NCBI RefSeq assembly: GCF_017876815.1 | Contig: NZ_JAGIOS010000001.1 | Location: 870,001 to 902,000 of the forward strand | Reading direction: 5' to 3' | Length of the DNA: 32,000 bases | Origin: Sinorhizobium meliloti | GTDB taxonomy: Bacteria > Pseudomonadota > Alphaproteobacteria > Rhizobiales > Rhizobiaceae | In this document: one piece after another, positions 1 to 8,060 of the stretch | Numbering within the stretch: position 1 is the stretch's first letter | Layout: every line of letters begins with the position of its first letter | The notes under the pieces: model-generated | The model's database searches: none | What the model saw: only the letters and a program-made list of their open reading frames with translations | Told to the model about the DNA's origin: nothing | Position numbers and translations under genes: made by a program

Positions 1-1
1 G

Positions 2-316
2 CTGCTCTTCCTTAATCCGCTCGCGGGTTTCGCCCTCGGCGGCGCTATCGGCGCCGGTGCGGGTGCGCTTTCCGGATCGCTCGTCGATTACGGCATCGAC
101 GACGACTTCATCAAGTCGCTCGGCAACACCATCCCGAACAATTCCTCGGCGCTCTTCGTCCTGGTGCGCAAGGTGCAGCCGGAAAAGGTGCTGGCCGAAT
201 TCTCCGGCCTGCGCGGCCGCGTGCTGAAGACGTCGCTCTCCCCGGAGCAGGAACAGAAGCTTCAGGCAGCCATTTCCGAGGCGCAGACGCCGTCGCCGCA
301 GGCGGGGACATTCTGA
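2..316 (+). CDS. DUF1269-family membrane protein, C-terminal part (5' end lies outside the window)
   Basis: Frame 2 is open from the window edge to TGA at 314-316. The translation LLFLNPLAGFALGGAIGAGAGALSGSLVDYGIDDDFIKSLGNTIPNNSSALFVLVRKVQPEKVLAEFSGLRGRVLKTSL... has the glycine-zipper segment and the 'GIDDDFIK...ALFVLVRK' block that I recall from DUF1269 proteins. It is absent from the ORF track because no start codon lies in the window. Confidence 0.6.
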   Translation: MLFLNPLAGFALGGAIGAGAGALSGSLVDYGIDDDFIKSLGNTIPNNSSALFVLVRKVQPEKVLAEFSGLRGRVLKTSLSPEQEQKLQAAISEAQTPSPQAGTF

Positions 317-389
317 TCGGTTGCTGAAGGCGATCGGCCCTCATCGCACAACGATCTTCTCGCCGGAGCCGGCGAGAAGACAGCCACGC

Positions 390-884
390 TCAGGCCGTCT
401 CCGGTACGAATGACAGGGCGAGCCCGTTGATGCAGTGCCGCTTGCCGGTCGGCGGCGGGCCGTCGTCGAAGATGTGGCCGAGATGACCGCCACAGCGGCG
501 GCAGTGGCATTCGGTCCTCGTCACGAACAGGGTGTCGTCCTCGCGCGTGCCGATCGCGCCGGGAAGCGCCTGCCAGAAGCTCGGCCAGCCGGTACCGCTG
601 TCGTATTTCGCGTCAGAGGAATAGACGGGCAACTCGCATCCCGCGCAGTGAAAGACGCCATTTCGCTTTTCGTTGTCGAGCGCGCTGCTGAACGGCGGCT
701 CCGTGCCCTCCTCGCGCAAAACGCGATAGCGATCCTCGCCGAGCAGCGCCCGCCACTCCGCGTCGGTCCTGGTGATTTCAAAAGCTTCGCCGGCGACGGC
801 GCGTACGGGCCATACCAGACCGCGCAGGGCGACCACCGCGGCCAGGGCCGCGCCCGCCATCAGCAAGTCGCGCCGGCTGATCAT
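390..884 (-). CDS. msrB: Peptide-methionine (R)-S-oxide reductase MsrB with an N-terminal twin-arginine signal peptide
   Basis: The SelR/MsrB core shows two CxxC zinc pairs (HCAGCELP, CRRCGGHLG), GWPSF, and the catalytic Cys in KRHCINGLAL. I chose the ATG at 884 (MISRRDLLMAGAALAAVVALRG...) because GGAGG lies 5 nt upstream. The longer track ORF (to 956) has no such support. Confidence 0.9.
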   Translation of the reverse strand: MISRRDLLMAGAALAAVVALRGLVWPVRAVAGEAFEITRTDAEWRALLGEDRYRVLREEGTEPPFSSALDNEKRNGVFHCAGCELPVYSSDAKYDSGTGWPSFWQALPGAIGTREDDTLFVTRTECHCRRCGGHLGHIFDDGPPPTGKRHCINGLALSFVPETA

Positions 885-991
885 CGGAACCTCCATCGGG
901 GCCTGATGTCGTAACTTATGCGGCCGCGGCACTCCTGCCAAAACAAGGTCGATCAAACCGGCGTGACTGAGTGGCCGCCGTGGAACCAGAC

Positions 992-1705
992 TTAGAAGGC
1001 GCGCGCCGTGCCTTGCGCGATGACCGCACCGGTGGGCGAGCCGGTCGCCGAGCCACCCTTGGGCTCGACACTGACGGAGAGCCTGGAGCCCGTGGCAATC
1101 TGGCTTCGCATTCCCGGCTCAAGCACGATTTCCCCCTCGCCGGACGGCGGCAGCACGCCGAGCGAGACCGGCGGATCGTCACCATTGATCAGCCAGAGTT
1201 CGAGCGATTTCTCCTCCATCTGTCCGGCGGCGGCCGGCGACAGTCTCAGGCGCCCTGTGGCCGGTTCGAAGTGCGTGACGAGGTTGATGGCGCTGCCATG
1301 CGCTTCGAGGCTCACAACGAGTGGCGTACCGCCTCGGCGATCGCTGAAAAGTCCTGCCAGCGCGCCTGCCATCACGACGACCGCCGAAAGCGATACGAGG
1401 GCTGCGCTGCGCCAGAGGGGAAGCGAGCCCCAGACACCGCGGGGGTCGTCTGCGCCCCGGCCCGCTTCGAAGACCGCGCGCTCGGAGGAGCGAAACCTGC
1501 GGCGCGGCGCGGCCGACTCATATTCGTCGCCGAAGGCCGCGAGATTGTTCTGCCAGCGGATGACCATGGCGGCGAAGTTGCGGTCCGTTGCCATGCGCGC
1601 CTCGGCCTTGCGGCGGTCATCGGCAGACAGCGCGCCGAGCACGTACTCTCCCGCGATCACCTCGTCGCGGCGGGAATCTCCGCTTTCGGGCTTCTGCGTC
1701 GTCAT
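992..1705 (-). CDS. Anti-sigma factor, RskA (anti-sigma-K) family, single-pass membrane protein
   Basis: Starting from the ATG at 1705: MTTQKPESGDSRRDEVIAGEYVLGALSADDRRKAEARMATDRNFAAMVIRWQNNLAAF... This is followed by one TM segment (LWRSAALVSLSAVVVMAGALAGLF) and a C-terminal extracytoplasmic domain ending ...EPKGGSATGSPTGAVIAQG, which is typical of RskA-like proteins. The upstream 78 codons of the track ORF look non-coding. Confidence 0.75.
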   Translation of the reverse strand: MTTQKPESGDSRRDEVIAGEYVLGALSADDRRKAEARMATDRNFAAMVIRWQNNLAAFGDEYESAAPRRRFRSSERAVFEAGRGADDPRGVWGSLPLWRSAALVSLSAVVVMAGALAGLFSDRRGGTPLVVSLEAHGSAINLVTHFEPATGRLRLSPAAAGQMEEKSLELWLINGDDPPVSLGVLPPSGEGEIVLEPGMRSQIATGSRLSVSVEPKGGSATGSPTGAVIAQGTARAF

Positions 1706-1994
1706 GGCTCCCTGCACTCTCTCAGCTTCAGAGGGCCGGCACGATTCCCTTCGATCTCTTCCAGGCAAGCTTCGATGCGCCTGCCCTCGGGACTGCGGCG
1801 GTCCTTTCCGGATCAATGCAGGATCAGTCAAATCGCCAGCGCCGTCAATCGGCTTGTCGGCCATGCCGCGCACGCCGCAAGCACTTCGGCACAGCCGAGC
1901 GACCGCCGTCACAATGGCTTTATGTTGCGTCCGGATCATTCCATCCGCCAGAGAGTTGCGCTAAACAGCAGCCGGTATTTTTCGAGGATCCGCC

Positions 1995-2882
1995 ATGTCC
2001 GCATCAGAAAGTGAAATTCAGGCCCGCCTGCTCGCCCAGGCCCTGCCCTACATGCAGCGCTACGAGCATAAGACGATCGTCGTCAAATACGGCGGTCACG
2101 CCATGGGCAATGCCGAACTCGGGCGCGCCTTTGCCAGCGACATCGCGCTTCTGAAGCAGTCCGGCGTCAACCCGATCGTCGTTCACGGCGGCGGCCCTCA
2201 GATCGGCGCAATGCTCAACCGGATGGGCATCGAGTCCAAATTCGAGGGCGGGCTCCGCGTCACCGACGAAAAGACCGTCGAGATCGTCGAAATGGTGCTT
2301 GCCGGGTCGATCAACAAGGAGATCGTCGCGCTCATAAATCAGACGGGCGAATGGGCGATCGGCCTTTGCGGCAAGGACGGCAACATGGTCTTTGCGGAAA
2401 AGGCGAAGAAGACCATCCGCGACCCGGATTCCAACATCGAGCGCGTGCTCGACCTCGGCTTCGTCGGCGATGTGGTCGAAGTCGACCGCACCCTTCTCGA
2501 TCTGCTCGCCCGCTCCGAGATGATACCGGTGATCGCGCCTGTGGCGCCGGGACGGGACGGCCACACCTACAACATCAACGCGGACACCTTCGCCGGCGCC
2601 ATCGCCGGCGCGCTCAATGCGACGCGCCTGCTCTTCCTCACCGACGTTCCGGGCGTCCTCAACAAGAAGGGCGAACTCATCAAGCAGCTCTCCGTCGCCG
2701 AGGCGCGGGCGCTGATCGCCGACGGCACCATTTCGGGCGGCATGATCCCGAAGGTGGAGACCTGCATCGAGGCGATCAAGGCGGGCGTCCAGGGCGTCGT
2801 CATCCTCAACGGCAAAACGGCACATTCGGTGCTGCTCGAAATCTTCACCGAGCACGGCGCAGGCACGCTGATCGTGCCGTGA
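1995..2882 (+). CDS. argB: Acetylglutamate kinase
   Basis: 295 aa. The sequence [21 protein letters not shown]...[10 protein letters not shown]...[12 protein letters not shown]...GGMIPKVE is the classic amino-acid kinase/ArgB signature. Confidence 0.96.
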
Positions 2883-2910
2883 GGCGCTCCTTGTTTGCCG
2901 TGATTTGCCC

Positions 2911-3069
2911 CTCTCCTCGGGTTTAACCCGAGGACTAACCCTCTCCCCGTTCTGACGGGGAGAGGGGACGTGCCCTGCAAGACGCCTCTCGATAGTGCGG
3001 CTAGGCGGCGCCACGAGTCCCTTCTCCCCGTCATGACGGGGAGAAGGTCGCGGCAGCGGGATGAGGGGC
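2911..3069. repeat. Cluster of three GC-rich hairpins ending in a solo arm of the 'CCTTCTCCCCG...CGGGGAGAAGG...GGATGAGGGGC' intergenic repeat family (RIME-like)
   Basis: The hairpins are at 2915-2933 (cctcgggt/acccgagg), 2939-2966 (ccctctccccgt/acggggagaggg) and 3020-3046 (ccttctccccgtc/gacggggagaagg), followed by gcggcagcgggatgaggggc. Related copies occur at 20003-20142 and 29478-29540. The cluster lies between the convergent argB and the PEP-mutase-family gene. Confidence 0.8.
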
Positions 3070-3076
3070 GAATCTC

Positions 3077-3847
3077 TTAACTCGCCCTATAAACCTTCTC
3101 CGCCTCGCCGCGCAGCCGGGCGATCATCTCCCGGTATGGGAACGGCCCGTAGCTCACCCGCCCGACGCCGGCGGCCGCAAGCGTGGCGATGTCCGGCGCC
3201 CCCGGCTTCATCATTACGTTGACCGGCAAGGGAGATGCCGCGCAGAGCCTGGCGATCAGGTCTCGATCGGCGAGGCCCGGTGCGAAGAAGCCGCTCGCGC
3301 CCGCATCCGCATAGGCCTCGGCGCGGGCGATCGCATCCTCCATCAGGGCCGCGTGGCGCGCCGCGTCGCTCTCCTGCAGGAAGAGGTCGGTGCGGGCGTT
3401 GATGAACAGTGCAATGCCCTGTCGCTCCGCCATCTCTCGGATCGCGCGGATGCGGGCCGCCTGCTTGTCGATCGGATGGACGCCGCCTCTGCCAACCATC
3501 TGGTCCTCGAAATTGATGCCGATCCCGCCGGCATCGATCACTTGCGCGACATTGGCCGCGGCCTGGGCCGGGTCCTCCGAATAGGCGCCTTCGAAGTCCA
3601 CCGAGAGCGGCAGGTCCGTAGCCGCGACGATCTCGCGCACGGTCTCGAGCAGCAGAGGCAGCGGCAGTTTCTGCCCGTCCCCATATCCATGTGCCGCCGC
3701 GACCGACCAACTCCCGGTGGCGAGCGCCTTGGCGCCGGCCTCGGCCACGCACTGGGCGCTGCCTGCATCCCAGATGTTGTACAGAACCACCGGATCGCCT
3801 TTCCGGTGCAGTGCCCCGAAGGCAAGCGCTCTTTCTTCCTGGCTCAT
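3077..3847 (-). CDS. Isocitrate lyase / PEP mutase family protein (2-methylisocitrate-lyase-like fold)
   Basis: 256 aa from the ATG at 3847: MSQEERALAFGALHRKGDPVVLYNIWDAGSA...ATGSWSVAAAHGYGDG...PLSVDFEGAY...GINFEDQ...INARTD... This is the pattern of the PEP_mutase/ICL superfamily. The specific substrate cannot be inferred. Confidence 0.8.
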   Translation of the reverse strand: MSQEERALAFGALHRKGDPVVLYNIWDAGSAQCVAEAGAKALATGSWSVAAAHGYGDGQKLPLPLLLETVREIVAATDLPLSVDFEGAYSEDPAQAAANVAQVIDAGGIGINFEDQMVGRGGVHPIDKQAARIRAIREMAERQGIALFINARTDLFLQESDAARHAALMEDAIARAEAYADAGASGFFAPGLADRDLIARLCAASPLPVNVMMKPGAPDIATLAAAGVGRVSYGPFPYREMIARLRGEAEKVYRAS

Positions 3848-3884
3848 CGTATCTTCTCCCAGTCCGTCAGGTTGATCGATCCCG

Positions 3885-4997
3885 TTACATCGTTGGAGCG
3901 GCGGCCTGCACAGGCTTCTCCCCGTCCCACTCTCTGAAAAGCCCGACAGGGCGCATTCTGCCCTCGTGGCGAAGCAGCCATTGCTTGCGCCGGAGCCCGC
4001 CCCCATAGCCCGTCAACGATCCGTCAGCGCCGATGCAGCGGTGGCATGGCACGACGATTGCGAGGCAGTTGGAGCCGTTGGCCCTGGCCACGGCACGCAC
4101 CGCCTGCGGGGTTGCGACCTTCCGCGCGATGTCGCTGTAGGAGCGTGTCTCGCCCACGGGTATCGCAACGAGTTCTGCCCATACCTGGCGCTCGAAGGCA
4201 CTGCCGTCGAGGGCGAGCGGTGTCCGAAAATCGGCCGAGCGCCCGGCGAAATAGTCGTTGAGCTCGCGCTCCACCTGATCGATGGGCGGCGTTCTGCCGG
4301 GCACCACCGCAGAGTGCGTCTTTCGCTTGAGATTTTCCACTTCGGCCGGGAGGGCCTTGCGGTCGTGGAACTCGATGAGATGAAGATGCGTCTGGTCGGC
4401 CACCGCCACCATGGGGCCTAGCGGCGTCTCTATCCAGTCGGCAAAGAGCAGCACGCGCCCTTGCGATTTAGCAGGAGCCTGTCCGATCAGCCGCCCGAAG
4501 GCGGCGCGAAAACCGCTCGGAGATTCATAGCCCGCGTCGATCTGCGCCTCGATGACACTGGCGCCGCCGGAGAGCTGCCGCGCGGCTTCGCCCATTCGCC
4601 GCTGGCGGGCGAGATCGAGAAACGTGACGCCGAGGGATCGCTTGAAGGCGCGCCGCACGGTCGACGGATCGAAGCCGCGCCGCACGAGATCGCCCTCCGT
4701 CCAGCGATGTTCCGGCCGGCGGTCGAGCAGCTCGATAAGCTCCTTGACGAGCGGATCTTTCCCGGATGCACCTTCCAGCGGGCGGCAACGTTGGCACGGC
4801 CGGAAGCCGGAATTGACGCAGGCGGAAATACTGTCGAAGAACAAAGTGTTCTCCCGCTTCGGCTTGCGGGCGGGACATGAGAGCCGGCAGAAGATGCCGG
4901 TGCTCTTGACGCAGACGAAGGCCTGGCCCTCATAATCGGAACTGCGGGCCAGCAGCGCATCGTAAAGGATATCGTCATCAGGCAGATCGAAAAGCAT
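3885..4997 (-). CDS. ada: Bifunctional Ada: methylphosphotriester-DNA methyltransferase / AraC-type regulator / O6-methylguanine-DNA methyltransferase
   Basis: The N-terminal Zn cluster (IFCRLSCPARKP...FRPCQRCRP) parallels E. coli Ada Cys38/42/69/72. A central AraC HTH follows, and the C-terminal MGMT domain carries the active site VPCHRCIG. The start is uncertain: ATG 4997 (MLFDLPDDD...) is preferred, with ATG 5012 or GTG 5021 as alternatives. Confidence 0.88.
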   Translation of the reverse strand: MLFDLPDDDILYDALLARSSDYEGQAFVCVKSTGIFCRLSCPARKPKRENTLFFDSISACVNSGFRPCQRCRPLEGASGKDPLVKELIELLDRRPEHRWTEGDLVRRGFDPSTVRRAFKRSLGVTFLDLARQRRMGEAARQLSGGASVIEAQIDAGYESPSGFRAAFGRLIGQAPAKSQGRVLLFADWIETPLGPMVAVADQTHLHLIEFHDRKALPAEVENLKRKTHSAVVPGRTPPIDQVERELNDYFAGRSADFRTPLALDGSAFERQVWAELVAIPVGETRSYSDIARKVATPQAVRAVARANGSNCLAIVVPCHRCIGADGSLTGYGGGLRRKQWLLRHEGRMRPVGLFREWDGEKPVQAAAPTM

Positions 4998-5070
4998 ATT
5001 GCTTTGTAGCATCAGCCACACGCGCCGTCCGCCGAATTTCGGGCATCTATTCGTGCTGTTCGCCGATCCC

Positions 5071-5985
5071 TCACATGACGAGCAGCATGACCACGCCGAG
5101 CACGATAAGCAGGCAGCCGACCAGTTCGAGCCGGTTGATCCACTCCCGGAAGATGAAGAAGGAGGAGGCGAAGGTGAACAGCATCTCCACCTGAGCGACC
5201 ACCTTGACGATCGCCGCCTGCTGCAGCGTCATCGCCGCGAACCAGCCGAAGGAGGCCGAGGCGCCGACAAAGCCCACGACGAAAGCGGGCTTCCAGGCAG
5301 CACCTATGCGTTTCAGCTCGGCGCGTTCACGCGCGACGATCCAGAGAAGCATAACGATCGTCTGAAGCAGGATGACGAAGCCGAGCGTGAAGCTCGCCTG
5401 GATCACATAGTCCGGCTGAGGCAGACTCGGCTCCAGCGCCAGCGAGGCCGAGCGGTAGGACACCGCCGAGAGACCGAAGAAGGTACCGGAGAGCAGCCCG
5501 ATTCCCGCCGTGCGACCGAAGATCGATGTCAGCAGCGACCGCGCGCTGAGCGTCGTTCGGGCGACGGAGATCAGCATGACGCCGACCACCGAAATGGCGA
5601 TCGCAACCAGCGCTCCCTGGCTTGCCTTTTCGCCGAGGAAGATCAGTCCGAAGAGCGCCGCCTGGGCGGGCTCGGTGCGGGAATAGGCGGTGCCCACCGC
5701 GAAGTTGCGGAAGGAGAAGAGATGGACGAGCAGGAAGGTCGCAGCGATCTGCGCCAATCCGCCGACCACCGCCCAGAGATAGAAAGTGCCGTTCGGCACC
5801 GGCAGCTGATGCCCGCCGACGCGCCAGAGCAGGACGAGGTAGAGGAGCGCGAAAGGCAGCCCGAAGCCGAAGCGGACGAAAGTCGCGCCGGTGGTGCCCA
5901 TGACGCCCTTCAGGTGCTTCTGCATGGCGGAGCGGACATTCTGAAGGAAGGCCGCGGCGACGGTGATGAGAACCCAGCTTTCCAT
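5071..5985 (-). CDS. DMT superfamily (EamA-like) transporter
   Basis: 304 aa with about 10 predicted hydrophobic helices and two-fold internal EamA-like organisation. The substrate is unknown. Confidence 0.8.
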   Translation of the reverse strand: MESWVLITVAAAFLQNVRSAMQKHLKGVMGTTGATFVRFGFGLPFALLYLVLLWRVGGHQLPVPNGTFYLWAVVGGLAQIAATFLLVHLFSFRNFAVGTAYSRTEPAQAALFGLIFLGEKASQGALVAIAISVVGVMLISVARTTLSARSLLTSIFGRTAGIGLLSGTFFGLSAVSYRSASLALEPSLPQPDYVIQASFTLGFVILLQTIVMLLWIVARERAELKRIGAAWKPAFVVGFVGASASFGWFAAMTLQQAAIVKVVAQVEMLFTFASSFFIFREWINRLELVGCLLIVLGVVMLLVM

Positions 5986-6088
5986 ATTTGCCCGCTAACA
6001 CGCAGGCCGAAAACAATCCATGGCCAATCGGGTCGCAGGTGAACAAACCGTTTTGCTTCGCAAGGCCGGCCGTGTCATAAACCCGCCC

Positions 6089-6796
6089 ATGAAGAAGCTC
6101 GACCGCATGCCGACCCACGCCGAATTCGCCCATGTCACCGACTGGGTCTTCGACCTCGACAACACGCTCTATCCGCATCACGTCAATCTGTTCTCACAGA
6201 TCGACCGCAACATGACGGCCTATGTTGCCGAACTCCTGTCGCTGGAGCCTGCGGAGGCGAAGAAGCTGCAGAAGGAATACTACCGCGACCACGGCACCAC
6301 GCTTCAGGGCCTGATGCTTCATCACGGCATCGATCCCAATGATTTCCTCGAAAGAGCCCACGCCATCGACTATAGCGTGGTGCCGGCCGATCCGGCGCTC
6401 GGCGAGGCGATCAAGGCGCTGCCCGGACGCAAGTTCATCTTCACCAACGGCAGCGTCGCCCATGCGGAGATGACCGCGCGGGCGCTCGGCATTCTCGAGC
6501 ATTTCAACGACATCTTCGACATCGTCGCCGCCGGCTTCATACCGAAGCCCGCCGGCGACACCTACGACAAGTTCATGGGCCTTCACCGCATCGACACGGC
6601 GAATGCGGTGATGTTCGAGGATCTGCCGCGCAACCTGGTCGTCCCTAAGGCGCTCGGCATGAAGACGGTGCTGCTCGTGCCGCGCAATCTCGAATACGAG
6701 TTCGCCGAGGCCTGGGAAACGTCGAGCGACGCGGACGATCAGATCGACTACGTCACGGAAGACCTGGCGGGTTTCCTGCGCAGTGTGATTGTTTAG
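6089..6796 (+). CDS. Pyrimidine 5'-nucleotidase (HAD superfamily, TIGR01993-like)
   Basis: Starting from the ATG at 6089: MKKLDRMPTHAEFAHVTDWVFDLDNTLYPHHVNLF... (HAD motif I is DxDxT), followed by ...FIFTNGS... and ...MFEDLPRNL. The track ORF begins 69 nt further upstream without support. Confidence 0.85.
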   Translation: MKKLDRMPTHAEFAHVTDWVFDLDNTLYPHHVNLFSQIDRNMTAYVAELLSLEPAEAKKLQKEYYRDHGTTLQGLMLHHGIDPNDFLERAHAIDYSVVPADPALGEAIKALPGRKFIFTNGSVAHAEMTARALGILEHFNDIFDIVAAGFIPKPAGDTYDKFMGLHRIDTANAVMFEDLPRNLVVPKALGMKTVLLVPRNLEYEFAEAWETSSDADDQIDYVTEDLAGFLRSVIV

Positions 6797-6810
6797 CCCA
6801 AAAGTCAAAG

Positions 6811-6861
6811 GCCCCTCCCCACAGGCCCTACAGGGGGAGGGGTTCGGGAGGGGCTTTTTTT
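6811..6861. terminator. Bidirectional intrinsic terminator / GC-rich repeat between convergent genes
   Basis: The left arm gcccctccc(c) (6811-6820) can pair with ggggagggg (6834-6842), or with gggaggggc (6846-6854). The second option is followed by T7 (6855-6861). On the other strand the hairpin is followed by a T-rich stretch. A related sequence occurs at 27532-27580. Confidence 0.7.
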
Positions 6862-6866
6862 GTGAA

Positions 6867-7766
6867 CTACCGCCGTCCGGACGCCATCGGGACCGACCGG
6901 GGGTCGACCTTCTCGTAAAACCCGGCGATGATTTCCCATGCCTCTTCGGCCGTCTCCACGAAATGCAACAGGTCGACGTCGTCCGGCGCGATGGTTCCGA
7001 ACTCGGCCAGTGCCTCGAAATTGATGATGCTGCGCCAGAATTTCTCGCCGAAGAGGATGAGCGGCACCAGAGCAAGCCGGCCGGTCTGCATCAGCGTCAT
7101 GGTTTCGAACAGTTCGTCGAGCGTGCCGAAGCCGCCCGGGAAGACAGTGACCGCCTTGGCACGCAGCAGGAAGTGCATCTTGCGGATGGCGAAATAGTGG
7201 AAATTGAAGGACAGGTCCGGCGTCACGAACTGGTTCGGCGCCTGCTCGTGCGGAAGCACGATGTTCAGGCCGATCGAAGGTGCGCCGACGTCGGCTGCGC
7301 CGCGATTGCCCGCCTCCATGACGCCGGGGCCGCCGCCCGTGACGACCACATATTCCTTGTAACCGAGCTTTGCCGACTGCTCCGAGCACAATCGCGCGAA
7401 CTTGCGCGCCTCGTCATAATAGATCGAGGCAGCCTCGAGATTCTTGCGCTGGATGTCGTTCTTGGCGGCCCAGGCCTCGCCGCCCGGCTCCGGAATGCGC
7501 GCTCCGCCGAACATCACCACGGTGGAGTTGATGCCGCGCTCCTCGAGCATCATCTCGGTCTTCAGGAGCTCGAGCTGCAGGCGGACGGGCCTCAGTTCCT
7601 CACGGCACAGGAAATCGTCGTCGATATAGGCGAGACGATAGGTGGGCGAAGCCGATTGCGGCGTCAAAGGCACGCTCGATGCGCGTTGCCTGCTCTGGGA
7701 GCTGTCTGCCAGCGGATCCCAAACCCCATCCTTGCGGCGCAGAGTCCGCTTCTTCATGCGTGCCAT
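6867..7766 (-). CDS. LOG / TIGR00730 family Rossmann-fold protein (nucleotide 5'-monophosphate nucleosidase-like)
   Basis: 299 aa. Motifs VVTGGGPGVMEAGNRGA and FPGGFGTLDELFE (PGGxGTxxE) are present. The N-terminal extension with LAYIDDDFLCREELRPVRLQLE is typical of the long LOG subtype. Confidence 0.85.
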   Translation of the reverse strand: MARMKKRTLRRKDGVWDPLADSSQSRQRASSVPLTPQSASPTYRLAYIDDDFLCREELRPVRLQLELLKTEMMLEERGINSTVVMFGGARIPEPGGEAWAAKNDIQRKNLEAASIYYDEARKFARLCSEQSAKLGYKEYVVVTGGGPGVMEAGNRGAADVGAPSIGLNIVLPHEQAPNQFVTPDLSFNFHYFAIRKMHFLLRAKAVTVFPGGFGTLDELFETMTLMQTGRLALVPLILFGEKFWRSIINFEALAEFGTIAPDDVDLLHFVETAEEAWEIIAGFYEKVDPRSVPMASGRR

Positions 7767-8060
7767 GTTTCGTTTCCCGTCGCGTTTCGAACACCGGAGA
7801 CCTCGTCCGGACGCGTCCCTTCGGATCTTTCTCGGCCATAGAGGCGTCCCTACTGCCGGATTAGTTGAGACTTGCCAAGTCCCGTTGAGGAGCGCGAACC
7901 GAAAAGGCCTTCAACTTTTTGAGGATCATGCTCCATGGGCGCCAGGTTTCGGTGAAGCCGCGCGACATCTTGAATCGCTGCATAATCCGTGAAGCCGGTT
8001 CCGATTCGGGGAATTATGCAGTAGAGCTTGCAGCACAACGCCGAACTCGAAGGATTTCCG

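Noticed and set aside
1706-1994. I searched for an ECF sigma factor gene upstream of the anti-sigma factor.
   Set aside because: Only 289 bp are available before the divergent argB. No frame encodes sigma-70 region 2/4-like sequence.
2004-3014. 336-aa ORF antisense to argB. The same type occurs elsewhere: 435-914(+), 971-2014(+), 3353-3937(+), 4999-6042(+), 6194-7075(-), 6789-7841(+), 7926-8552(-).
   Set aside because: These are shadow ORFs typical of high-GC DNA. The opposite strand encodes clearly recognisable conserved proteins. The translations are Arg/Ala/Gly/Pro-rich low-complexity sequence with no family motifs.
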